From the human T2T-CHM13v2.0 reference genome, Homo sapiens, in NCBI RefSeq assembly GCF_009914755.1, contig NC_060935.1: a stretch of 64,000 nucleotides of DNA; one strand, given 5' to 3'. This document shows, piece after piece, positions 1 to 14,469 of the stretch (the stretch's first letter is position 1; the number at the start of each line of letters is the position of its first letter). The position numbers were made by a program, and so were the translations under genes. Below the pieces are notes generated by a model that saw nothing but the letters and a program-made list of their open reading frames with translations, did no database searches and was not told where the DNA came from.

Positions 1-190
1 TTGTAAACAGTGGTGGCAGGTATGTCTTACAGCATGCAACTGCAAATGAGCAGTGAGGGTTACTGGAGGTCACTTTCATCACTACCTTTGTCCTAGCTGG
101 TTTCAGCCGATTTCTTTACTGCATCCTCCTTTGACCAGATCTTGTTTGGGTTCACGCACAGAAAACAAGTCCTGCTGATCTCCTACTTTG
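1..190 (-). mobile_element. ERV1-class LTR end (LTR8/MER4-group-like), cut by window edge
   Basis: ggtcactttcatcactacctttgtcctagctggtttcagccgatttctttactgca...gatctcctact resembles the reverse complement of ERV1 LTR 5' ends; subfamily uncertain. Confidence 0.5.
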
Positions 191-2121
191 CTCCTACTAA
201 AAAAAGCAAAGAATACGCCTGTGCAAAGACCTTATTCTGCCCCAACTTGGGTTCATCCATGCGACTTGCTTTGGCAAAATGGACATGAATGGGCATGAGT
301 GAACAAAAGTATGCAAAGCACTTTTTCTGTCTTAGCTAAGAGGCACCCTCTGGGTCTCTGATACTCTTTCAGCCAACTCCCACTCCAGTCTCAGGACCAC
401 AAGTAAGCTCAAGTGCTCTCCCATTCTTCTTGGGGCAGCAGGAAAGCCAGTAGGTTGTCTAAGGTCCTGTCTGCCCCAATATTCATACAGTGATTTTCTT
501 TCCCTGATCCCATACCACACAGCAGGAGAAGTGCTACAGAGCTGCTACCTCCCAGGATTCCATCGATTGGCAATCCCCTGTATTTTCTGGAGGATACACA
601 TTCTGCAGCCAGTTTAGAGCTAACACTGGAGAGCCCCTTCTCAGTGACCCTCACCTGCATACGCTGTCTTCCTTCACTCTCACCTCTTTTGTCTCTTCAA
701 ATTCTCTTTTGGTAGAAATAGGGAGGAGAGAGAACTGGTAAGCTAACTATTCTACCATACCAGTTTCTCACATCAGGATAATTACTTTTGTCTGATTTTC
801 TTTCCATTCCTGCCATTCCCTGAAGTGGTGAAGGTCAAGGTCTAATTTGAATAGTAGGAATGGCAACAGAACAAATGAGAGAACTGAGGCAGCAACAAGA
901 GCTGAGCTGACAGCAATTACTACCCCACTGGATATCAAAGGAATAAGTGCCAAATTTTAGAAGGTTCAGGTAAATATACAAGTCACCTGAAGTATCAAGC
1001 CAAAAACAGGAGCTTGGAAGGAGTATTAAGTTATGGACACCAAAGTAGGAGAATGCCATTGGTAGAAACACCAAGCCATAGTGATGTCGAAAGAGCCAAG
1101 TTAGAGAAGATACCATAGAAAGATCCGTGCTGTGGCCAGGGTGCAGGATGCAGGGAAATGCAAATCAAGATGTGGGTCATTGTGCATGGGCCAGGGCATG
1201 GCATGGCTTGCTATTTTGACAAGCTTATGCCTCAACTGTGCTGTAACCACACAATCCCTGTCTTAACGTAGCCACGCTCAGGAACCACTGCCTAAAGACC
1301 CTGAGAAGTCTGGAGAGGATCTGCTTTTCTCTCCCAGATGGAATATGGACCAGTGCTCACTGCTTTTTTGAGTCCTGCCACACTCACATGTCCTACGGAT
1401 GCTTTGGTCATATCATTATAGATACAAACATTGCTACCCCACTACCCTCACCTGCTGTAAGTCCCCTCCACGAGGTGACTTCAGTCTTTAACACAGCCTG
1501 ATATTTCAGGGTTCAAATGATTCAAACCAAAACATTTGAGGTGTTCATGTATTGATTTGTCTTCCGTCAAGATGGTAAAAGATGGAAGCAAAGCCACATC
1601 TGATCTCATAAGGTCCAAAACATTGAAGGATAAAATATGATCCCCTGCCCCTTCCAAGTCATCCTTCTACAAGTAGTAGAGATTCCTCCTTCTTTTTCTG
1701 CTGTCTCTGGATTTGTCCTTATTCACTATTCCTAACTTGGACCTAATGACCACCCATCCCCATTCAGGCAAGGCCAGGTGCCCCTTTCCAACGCTCCATG
1801 ATGCATCAGGCATTTTTCTCTTACTATATTTCCAATTATTTTAAAGCTCCCTGTTTATAAACCTCATTGAATTGAGAACTCCTACAAAAAGGAATTAGTT
1901 CTTTAATTCCTTCTGTATCTCATTCATGTCTGTATTCCCATGATCAACCTAGCACAGGACCTGGTATGGATTGTACATCAGTAAACACATAACGATAGCC
2001 AAAGCACACTGGAAAGGAAAGGAAACATCTCTAATTCCAGTCCAAAAATCTAGACCATGACTTTGGTGACCTCCCTGGGCTATACAATCTATAGTCCCCT
2101 GTTAGAATCCTGGTGGTTTCT

Positions 2122-2418
<297 letters not shown>

Positions 2419-4282
2419 CTAAACCATCTTTATACTCAAGTGGTTCTAATATTGACCTGGACTTGTCTCTACTCAGCCTGGAGTCACCAAACCTAGAGGA
2501 AGTATGTAAAGAAGAGGTAAAGGGAAGTATTTGAGTAAATATAGCCTGAACACCAATCAGAGATAGGCTTTGGAAGAAAAGACGTCCTCCCTCTAAAAAT
2601 GATGTGCAAGCAGTCTGTGCTGCCTCAGCGGTGAGGCAAGTGCGAGCTGCTGTCTGAGTCAGGGACAATCATTATTTCTGCTGTCTGGACCACTGGAGAC
2701 AGGATCCATGACCCCAGTGCCTCTTTTCCGTCTTTGACATCTATTATTCCATGAATTTTTGATGTTTCAATCTGCGTACTTTGGGGGCAATAGTGGTGAT
2801 TACAAAAGAGTACTTCCCGTTCTCTCCTGGGCATGTGAGAAAGGGCTGGTTTCCGAGCATGTCTGCAGCAGGGAGAAGCCAGGGAGGCATTATGCTAGTT
2901 GTAGCAGTTCTTACATACACCACTTTTGAAAGGCAGGCAAAATCTTTTCAAGATAGAAAGCGGTGGGTTTGCCTCTTTCCCATTTCAGCAATTATCCTTA
3001 GGCTGCTCTGTTTCATACATTTATGGAGTGGTTATTTGGGATTAAAGGAGCAATTGAATCTATATCAAAAATAAGTTCGAGATTCCTCGCCTCCCCGACA
3101 AATGTGTTATTACTGCCTTTGCAAAGGGGCATTTACCTGTCTGTCAGAAAGATACTTTGTTTTCATTTTGTGTGAAATCCTCTTTTACTTCCAAAGACAC
3201 ATCTGTGGAATAAAATGAATGCTTCTGACAGACACTTCCCAAGAGAAAGCACGAGACTTTGCCCTGCCCATGGTGGGCCCTGGCCTTGAAGCAGCACCGT
3301 TTTGCTGATGAAATGCAGTCATGGACCTGTGTGCTCTAAAAATAGAACCCCATGGAGTTGCTTTATTTCCAAGGTCTGCTGCTGCTTCCCTCATTCATAT
3401 GCTATTTAAGAGATTCCAATTTTCCTGAACATTCTCCCATTTTTTCCATAAATAAGTACTTTGCATCTAAAGGTGGACAGGGAGCAGACTAGCTCTGTGG
3501 CTATACAGTCCCTACCTAGTTAAGACCCTGGGACCTGGGTTCCCTCCTGTTTCTTAAATGCATTCAGATTCGGCAGTCCATCACCCTCTAAGGTGAGTCA
3601 TGTCATTTCCAGGCTATCATTTCTTACACTTAATGAAAACCTTGACAGTGTGTTGTCAAGAGCCAGCTCTAATATTAGGGGAAATACCTGTCTAGAGCTT
3701 TAGATTTGCAGAACACTTCCCCGTTCACTACCTCTGTTGAGTCTTTCAATAATCCTAAGAGGCAGGTGTTTTCCCACTTAATAGATGAGAAAACAAAGCC
3801 TCGGTGAGAGTCTTGCCAAAATCAAAGAGCTCTATGGATGGCCTGACCCAGCTTTCCTAAGATCTCTCAGTTTCTTCTACTGGCAAATAAAAGCCATCAC
3901 CAATTAAACCAAAAGTTCTGGACCTGGGTGTACGTTGGACATGCCCACAGCTTCCTAGGGGACTGTACTGTGCAGGCAGGATGGAGAACAGCTGTACTCC
4001 CAAGACAGCCCTCCGCCAGAGTCCAGACTTTTGTCCCACAATGACAATGGCAATAAGGGCTTTTCACTAGTAAGACGCCAAGGCAGATGGGTGTGCTTGG
4101 GGGAGGAAGTATCTAATCTGCATATGCACCTCACTCTGAGAAGTCAGGCTAGTCAGGGGCCCAGTTCCTTAGATATCTTATGCTCTCAGGGAGAAGTGGT
4201 GAAGGTGTTTTGGAGAAAGGTGGGCAGGCCATAGCCACAGATTTAAACCTATCTTTACATGTTATACATTTACTTTATTTTA

Positions 4283-4522
4283 TAGTTTTCAACCGCTACA
4301 CCATCCACATTTTGGGCCAGATAATTCCTTATTGTGAGGCCATCCTGTGTATTATGGGATGTTTAGCAGCATCTCCAGCTTCAATCCACTAAATGTCAGT
4401 AGCAACCCCCCCCCCCGCCCCCCCCCCCCCACACACTACCAGTTGTGACAGCCAAAACTGTCTCCAGACATTTCCAAATGTCTCCAGAGGACAAAATGAT
4501 CCACCTGCAGTTGAGAACTATG
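4283..4522 (+). mobile_element. MER20 (hAT-Charlie) with poly-C tract at 4406-4430
   Basis: attttgggccagataattccttattgtg...ggatgtttagcagcatc...ccagttgtgacagccaaaactgtctccagacatt...gttgagaac matches MER20. Confidence 0.85.
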
Positions 4523-4789
4523 GCTTTATTTTATTGCATTTAATGTGTATTTATCTGTACCTCCCCCACTACCTGTCAGCTCCTTAAAGGCAAGGCCATG
4601 TTGTACTCGCCTCTATAATCCCCAAGCCTAGGGGCACACTGTAGAAACCTTTCAACTCACAATGGCCACTTAAATTGACCTGGTGTTCTCAGGAGGTTTG
4701 TCTTTCATAGCCGTGGTCCTCTTGTACCTATTACACAAACCAACAGCAAAGAAGACCAGTCTTCCAAGAAATAAGAATGAAAGAGATGT

Positions 4790-4998
4790 TCAAGCAGAGA
4801 CTAGGGACCAGATGAGAGCACGTCTGGGTTCATGATGGTTTTTCAGAGACTGTCTGGTGATTTTTTCCAGTCCCTTCCTGAGGTTTGGCTCCATTCCTGT
4901 CCTTGGATTCTATGAAACACCCCTGCATCCTTATGACAAACTCCCTTATATGTAAAACAGTTTTGATTATATTTTGATAGGTACAATTAAAGAACCTG
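4790..4998 (+). mobile_element. ERVL LTR fragment (LTR16-like)
   Basis: ccagtcccttcctgagg...cttggattctatgaaacaccc...caaactccctt resembles LTR16-family 3' part; degenerate. Confidence 0.4.
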
Positions 4999-5118
4999 CA
5001 CCAATGCATGGGACCTGGCACTGGGTAGATATTCAATAAATTTTGCTTAATTAATTGATTAATTAATGAGCCACCAGCCACAAACAAGAGGTTGTGAGAG
5101 CAGCAGGGCTCTGTGGAT

Positions 5119-5139
5119 GCAGCAGCAGCAGCAGCAGCA
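5119..5139 (+). repeat. (GCA/CAG)n trinucleotide repeat, ~7 units
   Basis: gcagcagcagcagcagcagca seen directly. Confidence 0.9.
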
Positions 5140-5473
5140 CTGCCAGTCACCTGGAGTCCACTGTGAACAAGAAGCAGCTCCTCCTCCTAGACAGTGACTA
5201 GCCCTGCCTAGAGACAGAGGCAGATTCAGCCACTGGGAGAGAAGGAACTGGGTACTAGAGTGGGATGTGCAGCCATAAAACAAGAGGCGGTGTTGACAAG
5301 AATCCAGTCCTCTGGGATTCTTATGAGTCTTTCCAAGCCAGGTCCAGCCTAGGGTAATCAGGCTCAGACCGGCCTGCAGAGAATCTGATTAGTCCCTCAG
5401 CCACAGCTGGTGCTCCTAAAAGCATCTCAAAGGAACTCCCATTTCTCACCCAGCTACAGCATCATGCAATTTT

Positions 5474-6872
5474 TTGGGAAGTGGGGGCTAAGAGCTTGTG
5501 TGAGGGGACAAAGGCCAGCATGACAGCACGGCAGATAAAGCGAGGTGGGAGCTGGCAGGAGCAAATCCCCTCGCTTCCTGGCACCCCTGTTCTGGCTCCC
5601 TGAGAGCCTCCCAGGATGAGCTGGATGCTTGCAGATGTGAGTCTGCAGCAGACTGGGCTTTGAGGGAAACTCTCCAGATTCTCCCCTGGGCACACCAGGA
5701 TGGTGTTCAGTTCTAAAAGGCAAAGGGCTCATAGTGAGGGGACCAAGCTGAGATCCCTGTGGGGTGTCCTGGGTGAGGAGGTACCACCCGTGTGCAGCCA
5801 AGCAGAGAGGCGCAGAGGGTCCTTGGGCTTCGAAGAGATAAGTAGATGAGTCTGGATGAACTCCAGTTGTAACTAGGAGGCCTCTGTATCGTTAAGTAAC
5901 AGCAGCAACTGACGTGGCATCAAACAAGTGAAATCAAAACCACAATGGCCAAGAGTGGCACCAACATACAAAAGCTACAGAAAGCAATGAACTTGTGCAT
6001 TCACAGAGCAGAGAGCTCTGTGTGAACAGCTTGTAGCATCAGGTAAATAACCAACAACTCAGAGCTTCAAGCAAGGGATTTCTCTGCCTGGGTAGTTTCT
6101 CTTGGATGATATCTCCTGTAAAACCTCCAAGGTATTGGCAGAGCCTATTACTGGGTCTAATCTTGCCAGTCTATTGTACCATCTAGGGCTGTCTGGGGAA
6201 GCCATGATGCAAACATAACCGAAAAAGCATATGTAATCCTCTCTGTCAGCCTTGTCTCTACACACCAGAGGGTCGGCAGGGTTGGGGTTGCAGAGCAGAG
6301 AACAGATGGGTAAAAGAACTTGGACACGGTTAGTGCTGGAGACCACTGAGACACAGGGTATAGAGGCAGATGCTACCATTGCTGCATATTGGAGAGATCC
6401 ATTTTGGTTGTGAAAGCAACCACTGGTGTCTTAAAAGAGTAAGCTGTAAGGAAGTGCATGGTCAGGAAGAAAATGCCTCCTTGGTAAGGACTCTCATTCA
6501 GACCCAAGATGGTGGACAGCCAGGGCATTAAGTCATCACCCACAGCCCCACTGAACACTAAACAGAAGGCTCCCTCTGCAAATCTGTCAATTCCTCCACT
6601 GCTCTGCCTTGCAGGGACACCACCACAAGAGCCAGCCCCTACTTCCCGGGGATCCCAGCTCTTCCAAATGCTTTCCGAGTTCTACTGCGCCTGGCTCGAT
6701 CCTCAGGTGGTACTCCGGAGGGCAGCAGCAACAGGCACAAGCTCTGTACAAGTGTGCTGCAGGAACAATCCAGTGAGGAATGCCAGTCCTGACAGTGAGG
6801 GACAAGCCATGGGGGTCTCTGTCCCCTTCTCCAGCGGCCACAGAGGAGACTACTCCAATCCAAAGGCCAACA
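5474..6872 (-). pseudogene. UBE2D4: Processed pseudogene of ubiquitin-conjugating enzyme E2 D4 (CDS homology 6593->~6136, then 3'UTR-like sequence)
   Basis: Across frameshifts the minus strand gives ELTDLQRE.., [46 protein letters not shown] (catalytic Cys codon kept), SQWSPALTVSK, VLLPICSLLCNPNPADPLV, KADRE..YNRLAR. ELTDLQR, AFTTK, ALTVSK, KADRE and YNRLAR fit UBE2D4 better than D1-D3. No introns; stop codon and several frameshifts; candidate TSD atgcaatttt at 5464-5473 and 6873-6882. The symbol names the parent gene. Confidence 0.93.
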
Positions 6873-7524
6873 ATGCAATTTTGAAAAAAGAATTTCTAGT
6901 GTGATAAGTGATGTATAAAATGTAGCATCTGCAGTCCCAGCATTGAAGGCTAGAGAATCAACTGTTAAACCATGCCTGGCACAGCAAGTCTCTGCTTTCC
7001 AAAAGAACTATGTCCCCAAATCTTTATTCATCAAATAATACATCCTACAATATTAAGTTTGAGACAGACATTGTGAGAGATGCAAGGAAACTGAGGGTTA
7101 AAAGGTAGAGATGGTCTTTGATGTCACAAAGCTTACCTTCCTAAGAGGGGAGGAGGGGAAAACATTCACCTATGGGTACATCAGAACACATTGTTCCACT
7201 AATATGTGACTGAATCTGGGACACAGATGCTCACCATCATTACACAGGGGGCTCACAATCCCCTCCATGACTTTGACTAATAAAATGGAACCTGAGCACC
7301 ATGCCTTTCTATAAAGAGGGCTATAGCAGGCCCGTGTTTGAAGAATCAAGGGCTCCTGGTAAAAACATGAAGACCCTCCATCCCCTACCAAGGATCTATC
7401 TTTCCAATACAGCGTCCTATGAACCCTCCCGGGGAGAAAAGATGAGTCTCCCATCCGGATCCACAAGGAAGCTGGTCCTTTCATGAGACCAACCACAACA
7501 AGGCCATACGTCACATTGGCTCAA

Positions 7525-7700
7525 AGCAATGACCTTCAGAGTCAGACAGCTTGATTCCACTACTTACTGTGTGCCTCAGTTTCCCTTTGTACAAAATGAG
7601 GATAATAATCCCAATCTCCCTGAGTTTCTGAGTACATTGAAAGAAGTCCTGTATTTAAAGCACTTGCCCCCAGCCTGGCATAAGAGACTCTCATTAAATT
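7525..7700 (+). mobile_element. MIR
   Basis: gagtcagacag...cactacttactgtgtgcctcagtttccctttgtacaaaatgaggataataat...gtatttaaagcacttg. Confidence 0.7.
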
Positions 7701-8697
7701 TCAGAGCCTTGCCCTCCTTCTCTGGGCTGAGTTTTCTTCTCCCGCCGCCAACCCAGTACCCGTATATTCTTCTAGAGCACCTGCACAGCATTTCTTCTCC
7801 TACTAGGCTAGTACTTGTCTCATCCAAACTCCCATTTCCCAGCTGCTGTCCTCCAGTAACAATCAGGACCTGAAGTACCCTTCAGATCACTGGTCTGTGA
7901 GTCCCCGTCACTCACCTGCGGACCCCATATGTAAGGAGGAATCACCTGAGGGAGAAGTCATGTGGTGTGGAACTCTGATAAGAAAATATTTGAGACAAGG
8001 AGATATTCAAGGGCCACCCCAACCACCACCGCCTCCCTCTCCACCCCCAGGTGACCTCCAGGACAGTCACCTATTCTATAAGCACATCAGGACAGCTTTT
8101 TTTGCAATTAGGCAACAATTCAAATTTTTTCTGCTCGCAGGGCAAAGTGATAAATTTTCCTTGAATTCCCCCCAACACCCTCACTTCCCTTCCTCCTTCT
8201 TCCAAGACAGCACTTGAGGGTGGATGAGTTGCTATTTGTACAGTAGTGCCTCTGGTTTTATTGCAAATTAAACATGCACACATTATAAACAAACAATAGA
8301 TGTCTCTAGAGAAAATATACAGCTTTCAGGCCCCTCATAAATTCTTCAAGAAGAGCTCTTTGCAGTTTATAGCCTTAATACATTTTGAGTGAGTTACAGC
8401 CTTGTGTGTCAAGAAGGAAGCTTCTCACTTAGGGGGCTTCATAGCACAACTCTCCACTCTCCCGTTTTTCTGCAAACTCACTCGGGGTTGGAGTTTGATA
8501 ATGATGTAGTCTCACACTGACCCACCCTCTCCTTTCCCCCATGCTTTTTGATTTTTTATAACATTCTCTTTTTCTAACAAGCTCAGAACTTCCCACTGCT
8601 CAATCACGGAATTCTGGAACAAGGGAGATTGTACCCATCCACTCACACTTTCTTCCTTAAAGTTTGATATAAAGAGACTAAGGCCTAGAGATGTTAA

Positions 8698-9636
8698 GTG
8701 GGAAACCCAAATCATTTCCTACTCTGGCACACTTCCTGCTGTCACACACTCAATGCTCAACACATCACAGAGCACTTCTGTGCCCAGATGTGTGGGATCT
8801 GTTCCACACACACTAATTCTCCAGCAGACACTGGGCATCCCGTAACTCAATTAAATTCTGATGCCATCTACCTGGAGATCACATCAGATCCCATCCCACA
8901 GGTTAAGGGCTCGGTCCCACAAGACTGCTATCCACATCAGAGGCCAGTCACAAGTCCCAGGTTTTGACCTCTACTTCTGATCCACCAGCTATAAACTGTG
9001 GGTTCCTATGACCCCCCTCCTCTGGTTTGATTAATTTGCTAAAACAGCTTACAGAACTCAAGGAAGTCTTAGATATGTTTACCACTTGTTATATTAATAA
9101 AGTATATGATAAAGGAGGTAGATGAACAGACAGATGAAGAGATGCAGAAAGCAAGGTATGTGGGAAGACCCCGGAGTTTCCATGCCCTCTCTGGGCACCA
9201 CCTTCCAGAACCTCCACATATTGTGATCTAGCAGCTCTCTGAACCCTGTGCTTTAGGGATTTTTATGGAGGCTTCATTGGATAGGCTTGACTGATTATCA
9301 GCTCAGTCTCCAGCCCTTCTCCCCTTTTCTAAGGATAGTGGGATAGGGGGCTGAAAGTTTTCCAAGCTTCTAATCATATCTTGATCTTTCTGGTGAGCAG
9401 CCCCCATCCAGAAGCCCACTGACAGTCACCTCATTAGAACAAAAGACACTCCTTTTGCCCAGGACATTCTAAGAGATTAGGAACTCTATGTCAAGATCCA
9501 GGGTCAAAGACCAAGTATTAGAACAAAAGATTTCCTTGGCACCCCATCAGTTAGGAAATTACAAGAATTGTAGGAGCTCTATGCCAGGAACCAGGAGCAG
9601 AGACCAAACATATATTTATTATATCACAATATCACA
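8698..9636 (-). mobile_element. MER21-family solo LTR (MER21B-like)
   Basis: Ends atatcacaatatcaca (rc TGTGATATTGTGATAT start); atctacctggagat..catcagatccca..ggttaagggctc; ggaggcttcatt; internally repeated attagaacaaaaga block. Confidence 0.85.
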
Positions 9637-10481
9637 TTGAGAAACTTACCAGAGTAAGTGCCACAAGAACACAGGTCTTCTAACCTCCAGCTCAGGGTTC
9701 TTCCTAACACACTTTGGGCCCAAGGAACCTGACTTAAATTAAAGGACTCCTATGGGCTTGGAATACTCCAAACTCTGGGTAATTATGTGCTGTAAAGGGC
9801 AGGACATCAGAGAAAGAAGCTAAAGGGTAGTCGAAGTCCAAAACCAAAATCAGGTGCCAAATGGAAGGAGCAGAATGGGGCCAGTGTGTGATCAGATTCT
9901 CATTCCTGAGAAAGGACAGAGGAGACACACAAGCATGCAGGACAGGTCATAGTGGGGAGGTGGGCCAGAAGCACGGGGATTTCCAGGACTGAATCTGGGA
10001 ACAAGTTTGCCTTAGAACACTCCTCTTTTCCATGGGGCAGGTTTAGTGAATGCCCCTTTAAAAGATCTGCCTCATACTGACTCTTTGTTCTATATATTAG
10101 GGCAAGTCAACAGGGTAACATTGAGCAGGTCCTGGGCTCTACTGGGTAATTGGCATGTCAGGAGACACTGGGAGAATATCCCACCCCACATAGCAAATGT
10201 CATCTCGGGGTCTCCTTGCAGGCTCCCTGTGGCCCTGGCAGGAGCTGTCTTGAACAGAAGTATGTGCTTGAATTTTAGCTCCTGCCCTGCCATATTCAGA
10301 TGAAAAACTGAGGCTCAGAGAGGCTGGCTTCCAGAAATGACATGGGTGGTAACCAGAAGACACTTTATTTAACTCTGGCCTTCACTATCCCACTTCGGTG
10401 CTCCTGCCACCCCATCAAGCTCTCCCCTAAGCTACCTCCTGCTTTTCTAAACATAAGTATTATAGGTGATGATGTTTTGAT

Positions 10482-10614
10482 TTGTTTTTTTAAATACTTG
10501 AGATAGGGTCTCGCTATGTTGCCCAGGCTGGTCTTGAACTCCTGGGCTCAAGCAGTCTTCCCACCTCAGCCTCCCAAAGTACCGGGATTACAGGTGTGAA
10601 CCACCACGCCCAGC
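10482..10614 (-). mobile_element. FLAM (free left Alu monomer)
   Basis: Single monomer gggtctcgctatgttgcccaggctggtcttgaactcctgggctcaagc...accaccacgcccagc. Confidence 0.85.
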
Positions 10615-10659
10615 TAGCTATGATTTTGTTTAAATACTTTCAAAATTCTTGTGTTTTTT

Positions 10660-10745
10660 CATTTTTTGTATTTTATTGATATAGTTGTACATGTTTGGGG
10701 GTACATGTGATATTTTGATACATGTATATAATGTGTAATGGTCAA
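10660..10745 (-). mobile_element. L1MA-type 3' terminal fragment
   Basis: ttgtacatgtttgggggtacatgtgatattttgatacatgtatataatgtgtaatg. Confidence 0.7.
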
Positions 10746-12049
10746 GGTGATTATGTTTTTTTAATTAATTACACTTTCTTTCTTTTTTTTTTTTTGCAAA
10801 TGCTGTAGATGTCATGATACCCCCTGAGATATTTTCGAAACTCAAAGATCTCAAATCTGGAGTTGGGAATCAGAGTTAATTCAGATGGTTTGGCCCTTGA
10901 AGCTTGGCTAAATCTTTTCTAGGAAAAAAAACACATAATAGAAAATCTGTTTTTATTTTTAATTAGTGTAAAAATTTCCAGATGATGGACTATATATGCA
11001 ATGAACTCTAATCCACTGAAATAAGTTCATCCTTTTTTGATCAAATTTTCACAGCTGGAACATAAATGACTTGCTACCAGGAGAGGAGGAATTCACCCTC
11101 CTTGCTTGAAAGGCAGGTGAGGAGGAGCTGTGGGTTCAGTCTGTGATGATCCAGCTGCCAATCCTCACTGCTTCTCCAAATGTGAGAGAACCCAACAAGC
11201 ACCTGCCTCCACGGGGTATAGTCACTGCCCAGGAGAGATGACTAGCTGGTCTGTTTTCCTGCAAGCCCAGGAAAATGCGATACTCCTGAAATGGCCATGA
11301 GCCCTTTGGAGATGAGGACCTCTCATCCCTAGGAAAGAAGAGGAGGAGGATCTTTTCCCATAGATCCTCATATTCTCCCTCTCTAAGCTTCACACTCAGA
11401 GCCTGGGGAGGAGTAAGAGAAAGCGGTGGTGGTGAAGAGCAGCCTGTCAAGATGTGGGAGTGATGTTTCCATGCATGGTGATGGCAGGGCAAAGTCCCTA
11501 AGCCTGCACCCACTCCTCATGGGATTATTTCTTGTGGAAAAAGGCAGTACCACGAAGATAATCTCCTTTTTCTCTCCTTGTCCCCTTCCTGGATATCCTC
11601 ATTTAACTCTAGAAAGCCAAGAGTATCTTTCTTTTAAAAAAAGATCTGAAATACTGAAAAAAAGCAAGAAAGAAAAGATTCTAAATGTCCATCAAGAGAG
11701 GAAGAGTCAAGAAGATCATGTTGCATTCATTAGCTATGATAATATGTAGCAGTTATAAGTGACATTTATCATGTTTCTAAAATGGAGAAGTGCAGTCTGC
11801 GAGGTCTTCCCTAGAGAATTATCACAATCCTACGAAAACTCTGTATGAGGAAAATGCTTCATAGAAATGTAACTGAATATTAACCACAGATTGTCTGAAA
11901 AGTAAGACTATTGGTGATAATTTTTCTCTACTTTCTATGTTACTTGAGTTTTCAATTTTTTAATAATTCATATAAATTCCCCAAACAGAAAAAGTAAACT
12001 TTTTAAAAAAATATTCTTCTCCAAACAGTGACAACTTTTAGAGAAAATA

Positions 12050-12610
<561 letters not shown>

Positions 12611-12977
12611 TCTTGTCATTGCTGCTATTGTTGCTAAGTCACCTGAAGTCCACTGCATGAGCTGATGGTTAGGACTGCATACACATAGATTAACAACTTA
12701 AATGTAAGACTTAAAACTGTAAACTACTAGAAGAAAATATAGGGGGAGAAATCTTCACATTGGTCTTGGCAAAGATTTTTTGGGTATCACTCCCAAAGTA
12801 CAAACAGAAAAAGCAAAAATGGGCAATGGGATTGCCTTGAAAAAAAATCAACAAGTGAAGAGAAAACCTACGGAATGGAAAAAAAAAGTTTGCAAACCAT
12901 ATGTCTCATAAGAAGCTAAATCCAAAACATATATAAGGAACTCGTACAACTCAACAGCTATAAAACAAATAACCTAA

Positions 12978-13293
12978 TTTTATGTATTTATTTACACATT
13001 TATTTTGGGACAGGGTCTTACTCTGTCACCCAGGCTGGAGTGCTGTGGTGTGATCACAGCACACTGCAGCCTCAACCTCCAAGCTCAAGCAATCCTCTTG
13101 TTTCAGCCTCCCAAGTAGCTGGGACTACAAGAGTAAGCCGCCAAGCCCAGCTAAATTTTTATTTTTTATTTTTTGTAGAGACAGAGTCTCACTATGTTGC
13201 CCAGGCAGGTCTCTTACCCCTGGGCTCAAGCTATCAATTCTGCCTTGGCCTCCCAAAGTGCTGGGATTACTGGTGTGAGCCTCCATGCCTGAC
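12978..13293 (-). mobile_element. AluJ
   Basis: gatcacagcacactgcagcctcaacctcc..gctcaagcaatcctc (AluJ type); flanked by cctaatttta/cctgatttta. Confidence 0.9.
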
Positions 13294-14027
13294 TGCCTGA
13301 TTTTAAAACAGGCGAAAGACCTGAATAGACATTTATCAAAAGATGATATACAAAAGGCCAACAGGTATATGAAATGGTGCTCAACATTACTGACCATCAG
13401 TACAACATTACTGACCATTAATACCACAATGGGATATCACCTCATACCAGTAAGAATGGCTTTTACCAAAAAGAGAAAAGATAACAAACATTGGCAAGGA
13501 TATGGAGAAAAGGAAACCCTTGTGTACTATTGATGGGAATGTAAATTAGTACAGCCAGTATGGAAAAAAGTAAGATCCCTAAAAAACTAAAAATAGAACT
13601 ACCAAGTGATTCAGCAATCCCACTTCTGGGTATATACCCAAAGGAAGAGAAATCAGTATGTTGAAGAGATAACTGTATATCCACTTTCACTGTGGTATTA
13701 TTCACAATAGCTAAAACATGGAATCAACCTACATGTCCACAAATGGATGAATGGATCAAGAAAATGTGGTATGTATACACAATGGAACACTACTCAGCCT
13801 TAAAAAAGAAGGAAATTCTGTCATTTATGGCAATATGGATTAACCTAGAGGACATGATGTTAAGTAAAATAAGCCAGGCACAGAAATACAAATACCACAT
13901 GATCTCACTTATATGTGAAATCTAAAAAAGTCAAATTCAGAGAAGCAGAGAGTAGGATGATAATTACCACTGACTGGAGGGTGGGGGTTTGGGGAGATGC
14001 TGGTCAAAAAGTACAAGTTTCAGTTAA

Positions 14028-14469
<442 letters not shown>

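Noticed and set aside
6059-6558. Functional E2 enzyme retrogene
   Set aside because: No start exon, an in-frame stop, several frameshifts and loss of the HPN motif
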